A stretch of DNA of 64,000 nt from Giardia intestinalis (lineage: Eukaryota), in NCBI GenBank assembly GCA_000002435.2, contig CM018789.1. One strand, written 5' to 3'. Positions 1 to 10,099 of this stretch are shown in pieces. The stretch's first letter is position 1. Each line of letters begins with the position of its first letter. The translations under genes were made by a program, and so were the position numbers. The notes under the pieces are model-generated. The model was not told the DNA's origin and did no database searches. It was given only the letters and a program-made list of their open reading frames with translations.

Positions 1-318
1 CTTCAACGTCTGAAGCGCAAGCTCACGAGTGGGGGAGAGAATAATGGCCTGAGGCGACTTGAGCCCGATGTCAATTCGCTGGAGCATGCCAATTGTGAAT
101 GCTGCCGTTTTGCCCGTCCCAGACTGCGCTTGGGCGATTGTATCCTTTCCAGAGATGATGGGAACAATCGCCTGGGACTGAATAGCAGACGGTATCTTAT
201 AGCCATAGGTAAAAATGCCGAACAGGAGATCCGGATGAAGGTTCATGTCGTCAAACTTTTCATAGCTCTTCAAGTCCGGTGTCTGTGCTATCTCTGCTCT
301 GTTGGTGCTGTCCTCCAT
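1..318 (-). CDS. EIF4A: Translation initiation factor eIF4A-like DEAD-box RNA helicase (N-terminal 106 aa; the gene continues beyond the window's left edge)
   Basis: The minus-strand translation from the ATG at 318 reads [106 protein letters not shown]. It contains the Q-motif and Walker A (AQSGTGKT) and the PTRELA motif, and aligns collinearly with the eIF4A N-terminus. The frame is open to nt 1. The ORF track missed it because it is partial. Confidence 0.88.
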   Translation of the reverse strand, partial: MEDSTNRAEIAQTPDLKSYEKFDDMNLHPDLLFGIFTYGYKIPSAIQSQAIVPIISGKDTIAQAQSGTGKTAAFTIGMLQRIDIGLKSPQAIILSPTRELALQTLK

Positions 319-522
319 AAAGGTTGATTTATTTGATCATTAACTGAAAAAAACACAATTCAAATTTAAATTAGTTAGGTAAACAATCGGAGCCTCCGAA
401 GCCCATGAACTGCGCTGAGCTGCACAAACTGGACCCTCTTTTATAGTCCACACAGATCACAGCCATTTAAATCACAGCCACTTAACTTTGGTTTCAATCC
501 GCTGATAGCCACAACAATTAAA

Positions 523-1119
523 ATGTCTTTTGAGAAGCGTGTTAACGACTTGTTGGAGGAGAACAGCATACTACGCACGTATATTGCAGAAATAGAGCTG
601 GAGCGAGAACACTGGACAGAAGAGAGCCTCCGAGCCCTTAACGAGAAGCTTGACCGGTACATTCTAAGGTTGCGTGGTGTTCCTCCTGAAGAGCTGGCGG
701 TTGAAAAGCAGCGCATCCTGGCATCACAGGAAACGGTCGAAGAGCTACGCAATCATGTACATATGCTCGCAGAGACGGTGTCCCAGTTAAAAGCACTTAG
801 ATTTGAGTATCTGACAAAGGAGCAATTACGCAAGCTCTTGGTTGTTAGGGATACGTCACTTCAAGCGGAGAATAAGATCCTAAAGACCCAACTGCGGGAA
901 GCCCTTCTACGGATTTCTCAATTAGAGGCAGAAGAATCGAAGTACAAGGTGCTCCAGAGTAGGGTGGGCCTTTCCTCAACTAACTTTCTCTTCCCAGACC
1001 AGACCGATGCCACGGGCAACCTGGTGTCGGACTCTGAGCTTCGCACAGAAACAGAAAGTCTTACATTAAAGACCATACAGAGTAGTGCCGGAAGCAGCCT
1101 AGATGGTGCTGTTCATTAA
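523..1119 (+). CDS. Hypothetical coiled-coil protein (198 aa)
   Basis: ATG preceded by the AT-rich initiator caattaaaATG. Heptad-rich, charged sequence (LEENSILRTYIAEIELEREH...). Strong third-position GC codon bias typical of Giardia coding DNA. Confidence 0.6.
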   Translation: MSFEKRVNDLLEENSILRTYIAEIELEREHWTEESLRALNEKLDRYILRLRGVPPEELAVEKQRILASQETVEELRNHVHMLAETVSQLKALRFEYLTKEQLRKLLVVRDTSLQAENKILKTQLREALLRISQLEAEESKYKVLQSRVGLSSTNFLFPDQTDATGNLVSDSELRTETESLTLKTIQSSAGSSLDGAVH

Positions 1120-1152
1120 TAAGCGGCTGTGAAAGCAAGCACAGACTTGTTA

Positions 1153-4100
1153 CTATTTACTGCTACCAGTGTCAGATTGCCGGCCTATATTCGGTGGGGT
1201 CCTTGCGCGTGCCTTCGTCAACTGGTCCTCTAAGTCTACGATGGTGGCCTGTTGTTGCTGTACTCTTGATGCCAACGTTTTGCTTTCCGTGAATAGCCGG
1301 TGCATGGAATCGTCGGTACGACTTATCTGTCTCCTAAGGTCATCGTTTTCGGCCCGTGCTTCTTGAAGGCTGCTCTCCAGAGTCGTTGCTAACTCCCTTA
1401 CCGCACTGGACTCTTGGCTAATCCTTGCGATCTCCTCATTTAAAGCCTGTATAGTGTTCTTATCTGCTTGTTGCATTTCTTGGAGATTAGCCAGCTCGGT
1501 CCTGAGTCTCTCGTTTTCTTGAGTTGTAGCACCACCCTTCTGTGCAGTGGATGAGTCAACCGCTGAAACTGAGGAGAGGATGCTCTGAGTATTCATCGAT
1601 TGACGCAGCTGCTCATTTTTGTATAGCAGCTTTTCAATCTGTCGCGTTCCATTGTGTGCGGTTTCTGTCAGAAGATTTAGATCTTGTCGCAAGTTCCTGT
1701 TCTCCTCGTTGAGCTTCTCTATCATGGACAAGGCATCCATATGTGCAGATGAAAGGTCTTTAAGCTGATCCTGCAGCAGGGTGTTTTCTGATCGGAGATC
1801 CACCTCTAGAGATCCTAGTTTGTGTTCCAGGTTCCTTGCTTCCTTGATTTTTTCCCTAGCTGCAGTTAACTCGTCTGTAGATTGCTGGGACTGTCGCTGC
1901 TGATTTTCACGCAGATACTCGGTTTCTTCTTGCAACCTTTTAAGAGATGCGTTAGCTACTTCCAACTGTTGTAGTAAATCAGTCCTGGTATTGGTAAGCT
2001 CGAAGATTTCCTTCTTCAGATCAGACAGTGTGACGTTCAAAATGTCTATTTGTGTCCTTTTCTCAGTTAATTGAGCAGTTAGATCAGCAGTCTCAGATGC
2101 ACTGTTAGCGAGAAGGCGTTCAAGATTGAGAATTTTGACTTTGAGCTGCGCATTTTCTCTGCCCAGCTCTTCCTTACAAGCCACACCTGTCTCCGCGTCT
2201 TCTTCCCTCTTTGCCAACATTGCCTGCTGGGCCGTCATTATTTGCCGGAGCTGCTTTTGGAGAGCAGCCGTCTCAGCAGATGAATGAGCTAAGGAGTCCT
2301 GAGTCTCCTTTAATCGCGCTTCTAGGTCAGCCTTTTCGGCCACGTGCTGCTGCCGCTCAGTCTGTAATTGAAGGAGTTTTGCAGATAGCTCATTATTCTG
2401 TTTGATCAATTCCATGCTTTCCCTAGACGGCTCACTAGAGAGAACGCCAAGTTGAGGAGACACAGAATGTGTGGGGGATTGTGAGGCAGAGTGCTTGTTA
2501 CTGGCAGAGCGCATACTGGTTTTTATCTCCAGGAGCGTCGTTTGAGCCAATTGCAGCTCGCCCCGCAGCTGCGTGTTTTCTAGTGTAAGCCGCTTAGCAA
2601 GAGATTCGTCTGTGGATGCTTTTGCTTCTATTTCACCCAATCTGTTCTTTAGAATGCTGTTTGTCTCTGTCAGCTCCTTACATTTTTCGTCAGCTTCTGT
2701 CAGTCTTTTTTGCGTCAATGAAAGTGAGGCAATTGTCTCCGAATAGTTTTTCTTCTCTGTTTCAAACAATGACTTAAGAGACGTGTGTTCCTGAAGTAAC
2801 CCTTCATAACGTGCCTGCACCTGCATGAGTTCCTTTTCTCGGCCCTGTGATGTGGTTTCGTTTACGGCCAAATCTGTTTGAAGGCTTGTGATCAATCCGC
2901 TACTCTTTATTATTGATGCATTTTGAGTGGTAAGCTTATTCTGCAAGAGGCTGATCTCCTCCTGCTTCGATGTCAGAGTCTCCGTTAACAGCTTGTTTTC
3001 AGCTTCGTAGTTTTTCAGCGTACGCTCCAGAGCCTCTTTCAGTTCAGCCTGAAGGGCTGTTTCATGTTTCGAGGAGCCTAGTTTTATGTTCATTTCACTC
3101 AGCTGAGCTTCGTAGCTCACTAGTTGATCTTTATAGGCCTCTAACCTGCTTTCGAGATCCTTTATTAGGCGCTTTTGCCTAGCCAGATCTTCCTCAGTGG
3201 TAGTATGCTTTTCCTGCAAAGATCGTGTCTGCTCAAGGTTGTCCCGTTTCTCTCTATGCAAGGCTTCGTTAAGCTCCTTCATAGAGCTATACTGAGAAGA
3301 CAACTCCTCACAAGTCATTTCCTTTTCCTTATACTTTCGAGAAATCTCTGCAGTAGTGGCCTCCAACTCTTGTAGCTGACTCTTAAGTCTTGCATTTTCT
3401 TCGCGCAAAATTGCATCCGGCATGGATGCTTTACCCTGGCGAATGGTCTTCTCTGTTATTTGTGAAAGAAGATCGTCAATATCTTCTGGGGATCTACTCC
3501 TAGCGTCAACCTTGAAGGATTTCAGCCTTTTCAAAGTTCCTTCAATCATGAGTATGAATTGATCATACAATATCTGCTGCTGGGTACGGTTTCTCTCCAA
3601 TACTAACTCTGCTGTGCATTTATCTAGCCATGATTGAGCAGTGTCAAGTGTGCTGTCTTGGCTCTCCTGTTCCTGCTCATCGTTCAACCTTTGATGCGCA
3701 GGAACAGAGGGCTGATTACTGGAGTATTGAAAATGAAGACTCTGGGGAGTGTAGATTGCCGGAGATTTCGATCTTGATGGACACCTTTGGGCGGAGATGG
3801 AGCCAGTACCAGGGCGGAGAGCTGGTTTGGTGGATACAAGATGGCTGACGCTGAGTTTGCTACTTGACGTGTCGCCAGAGGTACCAGATGCAAACCGAAC
3901 ACCAGGGGATGTCCGGGAGCGACTGTGGCTATGACTGCCTGGCCTGGAGATATGTGCACCATACACTGGATCAGTAGGCGTATAGTTTGGTGTAAGGTCT
4001 TGTGTCGATTGATGCCACTCTGTAGGACCGCTTGTCTGCTGGCCAAGATGTGTCTTGCACTGAGTAGATAGTGAAAGATAATCTGGTACGTCCAGAGCGC

Positions 4101-4617
4101 CTCTCGCACCCGGATATTGGCGTGGAACAGAAAATCCAAAGCGGCGCTCCACAAATGTGGTTATTGTGGTTGTTAAAATTCTATCTTGAATGGCCCAATC
4201 TTCCGTGAAGATGTCTCCGTTGAAGTACAAATTGGGGTCGTACTGGCCCAAAAGATCGCAATACAGGCCAATAATAGCTTTATAGATGGCTAGCAGAGTT
4301 GTCAGTGGCTGAAAGCGCAAAATTCTAGCGACAAAATCCGCTACAATCCTCAGCCCCTCCTGAAAGAAAGACGAGGTCATGGACGGACGAAGACACTGCA
4401 TGAGGTTATCATAAGAAATGCTAAAGATCATTAAGTTGTGAAGCATCTGCCCGATCTTGTCTGGCAGCTGTCCTGTTCGTACAGACTGCTCCGAAATAAT
4501 GTGACTAAAGTCATGATACTCGATGAGTCTTGCACCCACTAGAAATGCTATTCCATTGGAAATAGCTATACTTTGCGCTAGATCATTTATCAGTGCTTCT
4601 CGATTTCGTGCTTCCAT
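1153..4617 (-). CDS. Large coiled-coil protein (1154 aa): N-terminal globular domain, S/T/P-rich linker, about 800 aa of continuous coiled coil
   Basis: Long uninterrupted ORF with an ATG start at 4617. Extended heptad and charged repeats (SMC- or myosin-tail-like). AGTAAAT polyA signal overlapping the TAG stop (1155-1161). Confidence 0.75.
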   Translation of the reverse strand: MEARNREALINDLAQSIAISNGIAFLVGARLIEYHDFSHIISEQSVRTGQLPDKIGQMLHNLMIFSISYDNLMQCLRPSMTSSFFQEGLRIVADFVARILRFQPLTTLLAIYKAIIGLYCDLLGQYDPNLYFNGDIFTEDWAIQDRILTTTITTFVERRFGFSVPRQYPGARGALDVPDYLSLSTQCKTHLGQQTSGPTEWHQSTQDLTPNYTPTDPVYGAHISRPGSHSHSRSRTSPGVRFASGTSGDTSSSKLSVSHLVSTKPALRPGTGSISAQRCPSRSKSPAIYTPQSLHFQYSSNQPSVPAHQRLNDEQEQESQDSTLDTAQSWLDKCTAELVLERNRTQQQILYDQFILMIEGTLKRLKSFKVDARSRSPEDIDDLLSQITEKTIRQGKASMPDAILREENARLKSQLQELEATTAEISRKYKEKEMTCEELSSQYSSMKELNEALHREKRDNLEQTRSLQEKHTTTEEDLARQKRLIKDLESRLEAYKDQLVSYEAQLSEMNIKLGSSKHETALQAELKEALERTLKNYEAENKLLTETLTSKQEEISLLQNKLTTQNASIIKSSGLITSLQTDLAVNETTSQGREKELMQVQARYEGLLQEHTSLKSLFETEKKNYSETIASLSLTQKRLTEADEKCKELTETNSILKNRLGEIEAKASTDESLAKRLTLENTQLRGELQLAQTTLLEIKTSMRSASNKHSASQSPTHSVSPQLGVLSSEPSRESMELIKQNNELSAKLLQLQTERQQHVAEKADLEARLKETQDSLAHSSAETAALQKQLRQIMTAQQAMLAKREEDAETGVACKEELGRENAQLKVKILNLERLLANSASETADLTAQLTEKRTQIDILNVTLSDLKKEIFELTNTRTDLLQQLEVANASLKRLQEETEYLRENQQRQSQQSTDELTAAREKIKEARNLEHKLGSLEVDLRSENTLLQDQLKDLSSAHMDALSMIEKLNEENRNLRQDLNLLTETAHNGTRQIEKLLYKNEQLRQSMNTQSILSSVSAVDSSTAQKGGATTQENERLRTELANLQEMQQADKNTIQALNEEIARISQESSAVRELATTLESSLQEARAENDDLRRQISRTDDSMHRLFTESKTLASRVQQQQATIVDLEDQLTKARARTPPNIGRQSDTGSSK
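1155..1161 (-). terminator. Giardia polyadenylation signal AGTAAAT overlapping the stop codon of the 1153-4617 gene
   Basis: The minus strand reads ...agc AGTAAAT ag, which matches the AGTRAAY consensus for Giardia polyA signals. Confidence 0.5.
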
Positions 4618-4672
4618 GTCCGCAATCTATGAAATCAAGAGAAGATTTTAAAAACTCAAAAGTGTGGGCTGC

Positions 4673-5581
4673 ATGAGTGACCTGCTTTATAAAGACATCT
4701 CTATGGCCATTGGGATTCTTCTAAATCTGTTACGGATCCTAGAAGGTGGCGAAAACAAGCTCTATGACTTTTGTGACGAACGCTTTGATGCGACGGAATT
4801 TAAGCGACTAACAGACTCTGTTTTAAGGAACCTAACCGCACAGGCAGATGGCTCTTCGCCACACAAATATTCTGAAACGTTTTATATTACGTCCAAAACA
4901 CTTCCAGCTGCCGCTCTCAGTGGCATTATCTACCAACACCCCAAGACGGCTAAGTTTATCTGCAAATCACACTATAAAATTGACAACCCAGATGAGATAC
5001 GGCTACTGTACTCTTTCAATTGCAACATGCTCAGTAGAAATTTAGCCTTGTTTCTTTCCCGGGACTTCCTCGGAGAAATCATTTGTGCGTATTACAATCT
5101 TGGCTCATCTACCCCCGTCGATGTCGATGGCTATCCATCGAAGAAGTTCTTCGTAACCAATGGAATGCTGGCACTTGTTTATGACCGTATCATTTACTGC
5201 ATGGTCAGATGGACCAACTTCACTCATTCTGCAGGAACTGCATGTACCGTGGACAGCATCCCCCAGGCCGAGCACGCCGCAGTCTATGAAATCGTCTCTC
5301 AAGCGCTGCATCATCTTCAGCGTGCGCACAGCATTTCCCACTACTTAGCCAGGTATCCAATTCACTCTAGCACAGAAGTAATAGACTATTTGAAACTTAA
5401 GAAGGAGGAATTAGAGTACTACGAGAAGACGCATCCCCTTTGGGCCGACAATTCAGATAGTCTCAATGTCGGTGCTTTCAACATGCTCTCTGCACGGGTC
5501 ATAGACAGTCCAGAAGCCATGCAAAAGTTCGGAAAGGTCATCGGCAGAGCAGAGGATGCTATGCAGCGAAGACGTAAGTAG
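4673..5581 (+). CDS. Hypothetical protein (302 aa)
   Basis: The ORF track starts at a GTG (4664). The first in-frame ATG is at 4673 (MSDLLYKDIS...). No recognisable domain. Confidence 0.55.
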   Translation: MSDLLYKDISMAIGILLNLLRILEGGENKLYDFCDERFDATEFKRLTDSVLRNLTAQADGSSPHKYSETFYITSKTLPAAALSGIIYQHPKTAKFICKSHYKIDNPDEIRLLYSFNCNMLSRNLALFLSRDFLGEIICAYYNLGSSTPVDVDGYPSKKFFVTNGMLALVYDRIIYCMVRWTNFTHSAGTACTVDSIPQAEHAAVYEIVSQALHHLQRAHSISHYLARYPIHSSTEVIDYLKLKKEELEYYEKTHPLWADNSDSLNVGAFNMLSARVIDSPEAMQKFGKVIGRAEDAMQRRRK

Positions 5582-5652
5582 GCGACTCAGTGTTCTTTCG
5601 GTGTTTCCTCAGTAACCTTGCACTTCCAACTATCTTCACTGGATGCATATAC

Positions 5653-6165
5653 TCACTTCCGCTTCCCCATGTTCTTGAATGCATCCCCGATTTTCTCCAT
5701 TGCAGGCTTCATCTTGTGCGACATGTCTTGAAAGAACTTGCATGATGCTTGGTTTGTCTTGCTGAAGAAGGCCTTAATCTTCTCGGCATCTGTACGTAAA
5801 CGGTCATTGTGTGTCCTTTCCTTTGCCTGTGCACACCCCTTCAAGTTTGAGAAAGGGTCTGAATCGCATTCAGAGTCTGGCATGCGAGAAGTCACGCTCA
5901 AGACAGTCACTGCAACCGGAGTGTTATGCAGCATGCATCCAGAAAGCCTAGAAACAGCGGACTGGGTCCCTTGAACAGTAGCAAGGCAAAATCCCTTTGG
6001 GCAAGTACTGACCGTATGATCTGGAAAGCTGTCTCTACTCGACTTTAGACCAGAAACATCTAAACGGAGTACTTGAAGGTCGTCTTCTGCTTGTTTTAAA
6101 AATTGAATGATGTCTTCCATTTGCGTGTCTGGGTGGAGACCAGTAATCTTCACGGTGATGATCAT
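5653..6165 (-). CDS. Hypothetical protein (about 170 aa). An alternative upstream ATG at 6282 would overlap the divergent gene starting at 6215
   Basis: ORF on the minus strand. The ATG at 6165 (MIITVKITGLHPDT...) avoids a 68-bp overlap with the divergent 6215 gene and has an A/T-rich stretch 15-35 nt upstream. The ATG at 6282 is also possible. Confidence 0.45.
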   Translation of the reverse strand: MIITVKITGLHPDTQMEDIIQFLKQAEDDLQVLRLDVSGLKSSRDSFPDHTVSTCPKGFCLATVQGTQSAVSRLSGCMLHNTPVAVTVLSVTSRMPDSECDSDPFSNLKGCAQAKERTHNDRLRTDAEKIKAFFSKTNQASCKFFQDMSHKMKPAMEKIGDAFKNMGKRK

Positions 6166-6200
6166 CCTGAACCCCGTCTTCTTTTGCCAAAAGGATTTTT

Positions 6201-6214
6201 TTATGTAGAGAAAA
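6201..6214 (+). promoter_or_regulatory. AT-rich initiator element immediately upstream of the ATG of the 6215 gene
   Basis: ttatgtagagaaaaATG. Giardia transcription starts within short A/T-rich initiators a few nt upstream of the ATG. Confidence 0.4.
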
Positions 6215-8452
6215 ATGTCACATAAAGGACCTCTCGTTTTTGACCTTCGTCCGGATACATCGTATAACTTGACCACGTACATAGATGTCTACGGGGATCA
6301 AGGTAAAGGTGGGCGACAAGAGGATGACGACACCCAGACTCTAGACACGGGCACGATCCAGTGTGGTGTCTTCCACCACCACTACCAAGATCTCTATGCG
6401 TGCGCCACAACGGGTAACATTTTTCTGATTAATATGGCCACAGGAACCTTGATGCGTTCATATTCACTTCAAAACATAGGGGTAGTAAAGCAGATGCTCT
6501 TCGTTAGTCCCATTCGCAGAGTAGTGCGGCGTGTCCCCAAAAAAGGAGATGACACAGTTATCTTCGACCAGCCGTGCTTCTATAACCCGTGTCTGGACGA
6601 CCTGTACATAGCCTTCATTGTTCAGTATCCTTTGGCTCAGTCGACAATTCTCTATCTGCTTGACCTTATGTCCCCCACTCCGGAGCTCTATCAGTATGTC
6701 CAGTCGGATGTTATCCTCTCCATTGCTACTCCTGTCTCCGGGGTTCAACTGAACGTTACCACTGCTCCAACCGTCAGTGAAGTAGAGAGCAAGCCATTTG
6801 GTGATTACTACAGCGTTTCTGAAAACGGACGCGTCCCTTACATGGTCATTGCGCTGTCGATGAAGTACCAAGTTTGCATCCTGTCGTTTCTGGCACCCAT
6901 GAACTTGATCTGCTCCCAAGATGCTCAGCGATCTCCACTAGAATTCTGCACCCTTCAGATAGCCTCACCCATACAGCTCGCCAACGCTATCTTCATTGCG
7001 TTTGGTAGTAAACCATGGAGTCTCTTCATCTGCAAGGGATCGTCCGTGTTCATGTACAACTTAGAGCTGGCCAAGCAAGAGGGCAACAGAGATGCGGCGA
7101 CAAATAGTGCCTTGAAATGGGTTGAGGAGCAGCGCATGAATCTCTTTCAACATTTCCACAGCCGTCGGGCCACCATGGACGCCTATTTTCTAGACAACTT
7201 TGCCGCATACACGGCCATATCTGAGTCCATGAGGTTGCCCTTTAACAACTGCAAACTTGCACTCCACTGGACACTCGACCAGTCACTAAGTAAGATTGAG
7301 CAACTGCTGCTACGTCAAGGAAATCCTGTTGTTGTGGCGCGGAGCAAACTATTGAAAGGCCATGTGCTTGAGATAAAGGCAATCTCTGTGGCTCCGGCTA
7401 GGGATTATCTCGCTCTAGCGACGGAGGCGTTTGTTCTCCTGTTTTCTATTTCTCTGCAGAAAATTTTGGCAGTGCTCACATATCCAGCGCCTGAGAATAT
7501 TGGTTTTGTTAACGTAACTCTTAATTTTATTAGCGGTGTCGATGAGGAAGGCGACGGAGCCGATTGCCGTTCCATTGCAAGTCACGAACTGGAGAATGCA
7601 AACGAGCAAGACCATGCAAATGATGTGGCCAATCTAGATGACTTTGACCTCTTCGCTGATGAGGCCGTTTCAATAGACAACGGTGATTCCCCTAATTCTG
7701 AGCCCACTCTGAAAAAGATAACGAACGAACCAGCCCTAAGCCCCTTAACACGAGATGCCATTCAACGCTTGATGTCTATGCCCTGCATCCTGGATACAGC
7801 AGTTCTTTCAGATATTAGCACTAGCACCACTGGCAAAACAACCAAGAACATCGTCAGCGCCGAGCTTGTCTCCCGGGATCCGTACCTTTACTTCATGAAC
7901 GAAAGTAACGTTGAGGTGCAACGAAGCGAAACAGTTAAGCAGCATTACAAGTTAGTAGACTTCATTTCTCGTCATAAGCACATGTACCCCGTTTTTCTAT
8001 CTCTTTACAACAAACACATAGATTCTATCAATCAATTCAGAATGGATCGTATCCTTTCAAGGCAATTAGGAGCCGCTCAGCAGAAGCAAGCCCATCCCCT
8101 AGCAAATGTGCCATCTATAGCATGTAAATCAGTGGCCTTCACCCCACAGCTGCATGTAGACCTTTCTCTCCACCAGAGTTTTGAATTCCTGTGCAACGGC
8201 TCAAGGCTTGTTCTGGCCTCAATGTGCGGTATTGGAAGACCTGTTGTCTGGAACCTGTCAGGTTTGGACGCATTTGCAGAGAAATGTAAGTCTAGGGAAA
8301 ACAGCACACTGATTCTTCCGGGATACTTGTGGAGCCTTGCTGTCCTTGAGGAGAAGGACCTTAGCTCCGCCAATGTTTGCCAGTTTAACCCTATCAGTGG
8401 GTTTATGATCAAGAACGTAGGCTCTCAACTGCGCATTTACATGCCAAAGTAG
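6215..8452 (+). CDS. Hypothetical protein (745 aa)
   Basis: Classic Giardia initiator agagaaaaATG at 6215. Long ORF with coding-type codon bias. No motif recognised. Confidence 0.7.
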   Translation: MSHKGPLVFDLRPDTSYNLTTYIDVYGDQGKGGRQEDDDTQTLDTGTIQCGVFHHHYQDLYACATTGNIFLINMATGTLMRSYSLQNIGVVKQMLFVSPIRRVVRRVPKKGDDTVIFDQPCFYNPCLDDLYIAFIVQYPLAQSTILYLLDLMSPTPELYQYVQSDVILSIATPVSGVQLNVTTAPTVSEVESKPFGDYYSVSENGRVPYMVIALSMKYQVCILSFLAPMNLICSQDAQRSPLEFCTLQIASPIQLANAIFIAFGSKPWSLFICKGSSVFMYNLELAKQEGNRDAATNSALKWVEEQRMNLFQHFHSRRATMDAYFLDNFAAYTAISESMRLPFNNCKLALHWTLDQSLSKIEQLLLRQGNPVVVARSKLLKGHVLEIKAISVAPARDYLALATEAFVLLFSISLQKILAVLTYPAPENIGFVNVTLNFISGVDEEGDGADCRSIASHELENANEQDHANDVANLDDFDLFADEAVSIDNGDSPNSEPTLKKITNEPALSPLTRDAIQRLMSMPCILDTAVLSDISTSTTGKTTKNIVSAELVSRDPYLYFMNESNVEVQRSETVKQHYKLVDFISRHKHMYPVFLSLYNKHIDSINQFRMDRILSRQLGAAQQKQAHPLANVPSIACKSVAFTPQLHVDLSLHQSFEFLCNGSRLVLASMCGIGRPVVWNLSGLDAFAEKCKSRENSTLILPGYLWSLAVLEEKDLSSANVCQFNPISGFMIKNVGSQLRIYMPK

Positions 8453-8497
8453 CGTTTGCTGAAGGCAATCTATCGGCAAAATTCCCTCAAGTAAATC

Positions 8498-10045
8498 ATG
8501 CTGTCTCAAGAGCTAGCCTCAGCAAGCTCTCCAGCCATCTTGGAAGACATACTTACCCTGTACTCTGGTACAAGCAAGGAACAAGTGCGTGCAGCACTTC
8601 GGGATGGCAATACAAAGCGCCTTGAGAAATTGCTTCTAGTTGAGCCTCTAAAGAATCTGTGTCGGATATTTTCATGGATCTTTGCACTCGATCTCCCCAA
8701 AACTATGCTTAAGCAACAAGCTGCTGAGCTGCTGGCCACCAACTGGAGAAGGTGCATGTCCTCCGCATCACGATGGAGTGTCCCAAGCAGCAATGATACA
8801 GCTCTGATGAATGCATATTTGGAGCTAGCGAAGAAGTACAATGTGTCATGGCTCAATTACGTCGTGGAGAAAACAAAAACCAACTTCATTCCATATCGCG
8901 AAATGGCGTTCCACAGCACTTTAGCCACTGGCTTCTCGCCGTACTATAAAGTTATTGCAAACATAGCCATCTTTAGCTTGCTTGGAAAGCCCGATGCAGA
9001 TAAAACTATCGTCCTTGAGATCCCCAAGGAGGTCTGTGATTGCATAGTCAATGATACCGCAGCCAGGATTATTATGTACTCGTTCTACGAGGTGCTTAAA
9101 GACTCCAAATTTCCTGCATTGCAGATCATGCGCTGGGAAGATGTTAAAGCTTCAACGGCAGATCTATCCATTTACGTCAACGGTCAGAAGGTAGTATTAA
9201 CCTCCTTTAAAGCCAAGAACCAAATAGCAATGCTCAAGGCCAAAGATCCTCAAGTCGTTCCCACCTCAACAGACCTGACGGCGCCTATAAAGTACGTCTT
9301 AGAGCAATCCTCATGCGGATATGCATACATAGACTTCAGTATAGCCACATTTCCTGCCCACCCAGACGCAGGGTCAGAGACCTATAAGTACCAAGCCCCC
9401 TACGTAGCACTGTATCTTGCAAAAGCTCTGAGCACAGCCGAAATATACCATCTATTAATGGCTCGGCCTATGCTGACAACCACTAAGCTGAAGCAACTCA
9501 TTCAGGAGAAAGAAACCCTATACGCAAAAGAGTTCTCTACGCTAATCTCCACTTGCACCACTGCCAACATTGAGACTTCAGTGGACACAGCAAAGCCCTC
9601 CGCAACTCCGCCTCTTTTCCTCAATTATGTATCCTTTGTAGACCAAGTGCGCACAGTCTCCAACAATGTCGCACAGACGGACGAGTATGAGAGTGATATT
9701 GAAATTGCTGATGAGCTCATCTACCTTGAGTCACATCTTACTCGAAAGAAAATCAAGATTCCTGTGCGCTCCTCAAACTGTCGCCATTTTAATCGAGTGA
9801 TGGATCTGGAGGAATATATTCAAGGGTGTAAAGAAACCAACTTGTGGAATTGCACTGTTTGTGGAGAGCCTGCTACCTTTGTGCAATTACATATTGATGC
9901 CTTCTATTGGTTCCTTCTTAACATAGTCCGTGTTACCCAAGATGTGATCCATCTGGACACGAACACAGGAGAGATTCAACTGGGAAGCGGGTGTGACGAC
10001 AACTCTGTGTCTTCTCCCAGTGGCTGGTCCTTTGGAGGTGATTAG
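8498..10045 (+). CDS. SP-RING (MIZ-type zinc finger) protein, candidate PIAS/Siz-like SUMO E3 ligase (515 aa)
   Basis: The C-terminal segment IPVRSSNCRHFNRVMDLEEYIQGCKETNLWNCTVCGEPATFVQLHIDAFYWFLL aligns with the SP-RING of PIAS1 ([53 protein letters not shown]). The C-x-H and C-x-x-C zinc ligands are retained. Confidence 0.6.
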   Translation: MLSQELASASSPAILEDILTLYSGTSKEQVRAALRDGNTKRLEKLLLVEPLKNLCRIFSWIFALDLPKTMLKQQAAELLATNWRRCMSSASRWSVPSSNDTALMNAYLELAKKYNVSWLNYVVEKTKTNFIPYREMAFHSTLATGFSPYYKVIANIAIFSLLGKPDADKTIVLEIPKEVCDCIVNDTAARIIMYSFYEVLKDSKFPALQIMRWEDVKASTADLSIYVNGQKVVLTSFKAKNQIAMLKAKDPQVVPTSTDLTAPIKYVLEQSSCGYAYIDFSIATFPAHPDAGSETYKYQAPYVALYLAKALSTAEIYHLLMARPMLTTTKLKQLIQEKETLYAKEFSTLISTCTTANIETSVDTAKPSATPPLFLNYVSFVDQVRTVSNNVAQTDEYESDIEIADELIYLESHLTRKKIKIPVRSSNCRHFNRVMDLEEYIQGCKETNLWNCTVCGEPATFVQLHIDAFYWFLLNIVRVTQDVIHLDTNTGEIQLGSGCDDNSVSSPSGWSFGGD

Positions 10046-10099
10046 AGCCACCTCGCAGGTTCTTGCTCAAATTAAAATAACGTGCACCCAGAGACCTAC

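Noticed and set aside
3-206. ORF-track ORF (minus strand, 67 aa) at the left edge
   Set aside because: It is in the wrong frame. The frame that is open to nt 1 and starts at the ATG at 318 encodes a clear eIF4A N-terminus. The listed ORF is its overlapping out-of-frame shadow.
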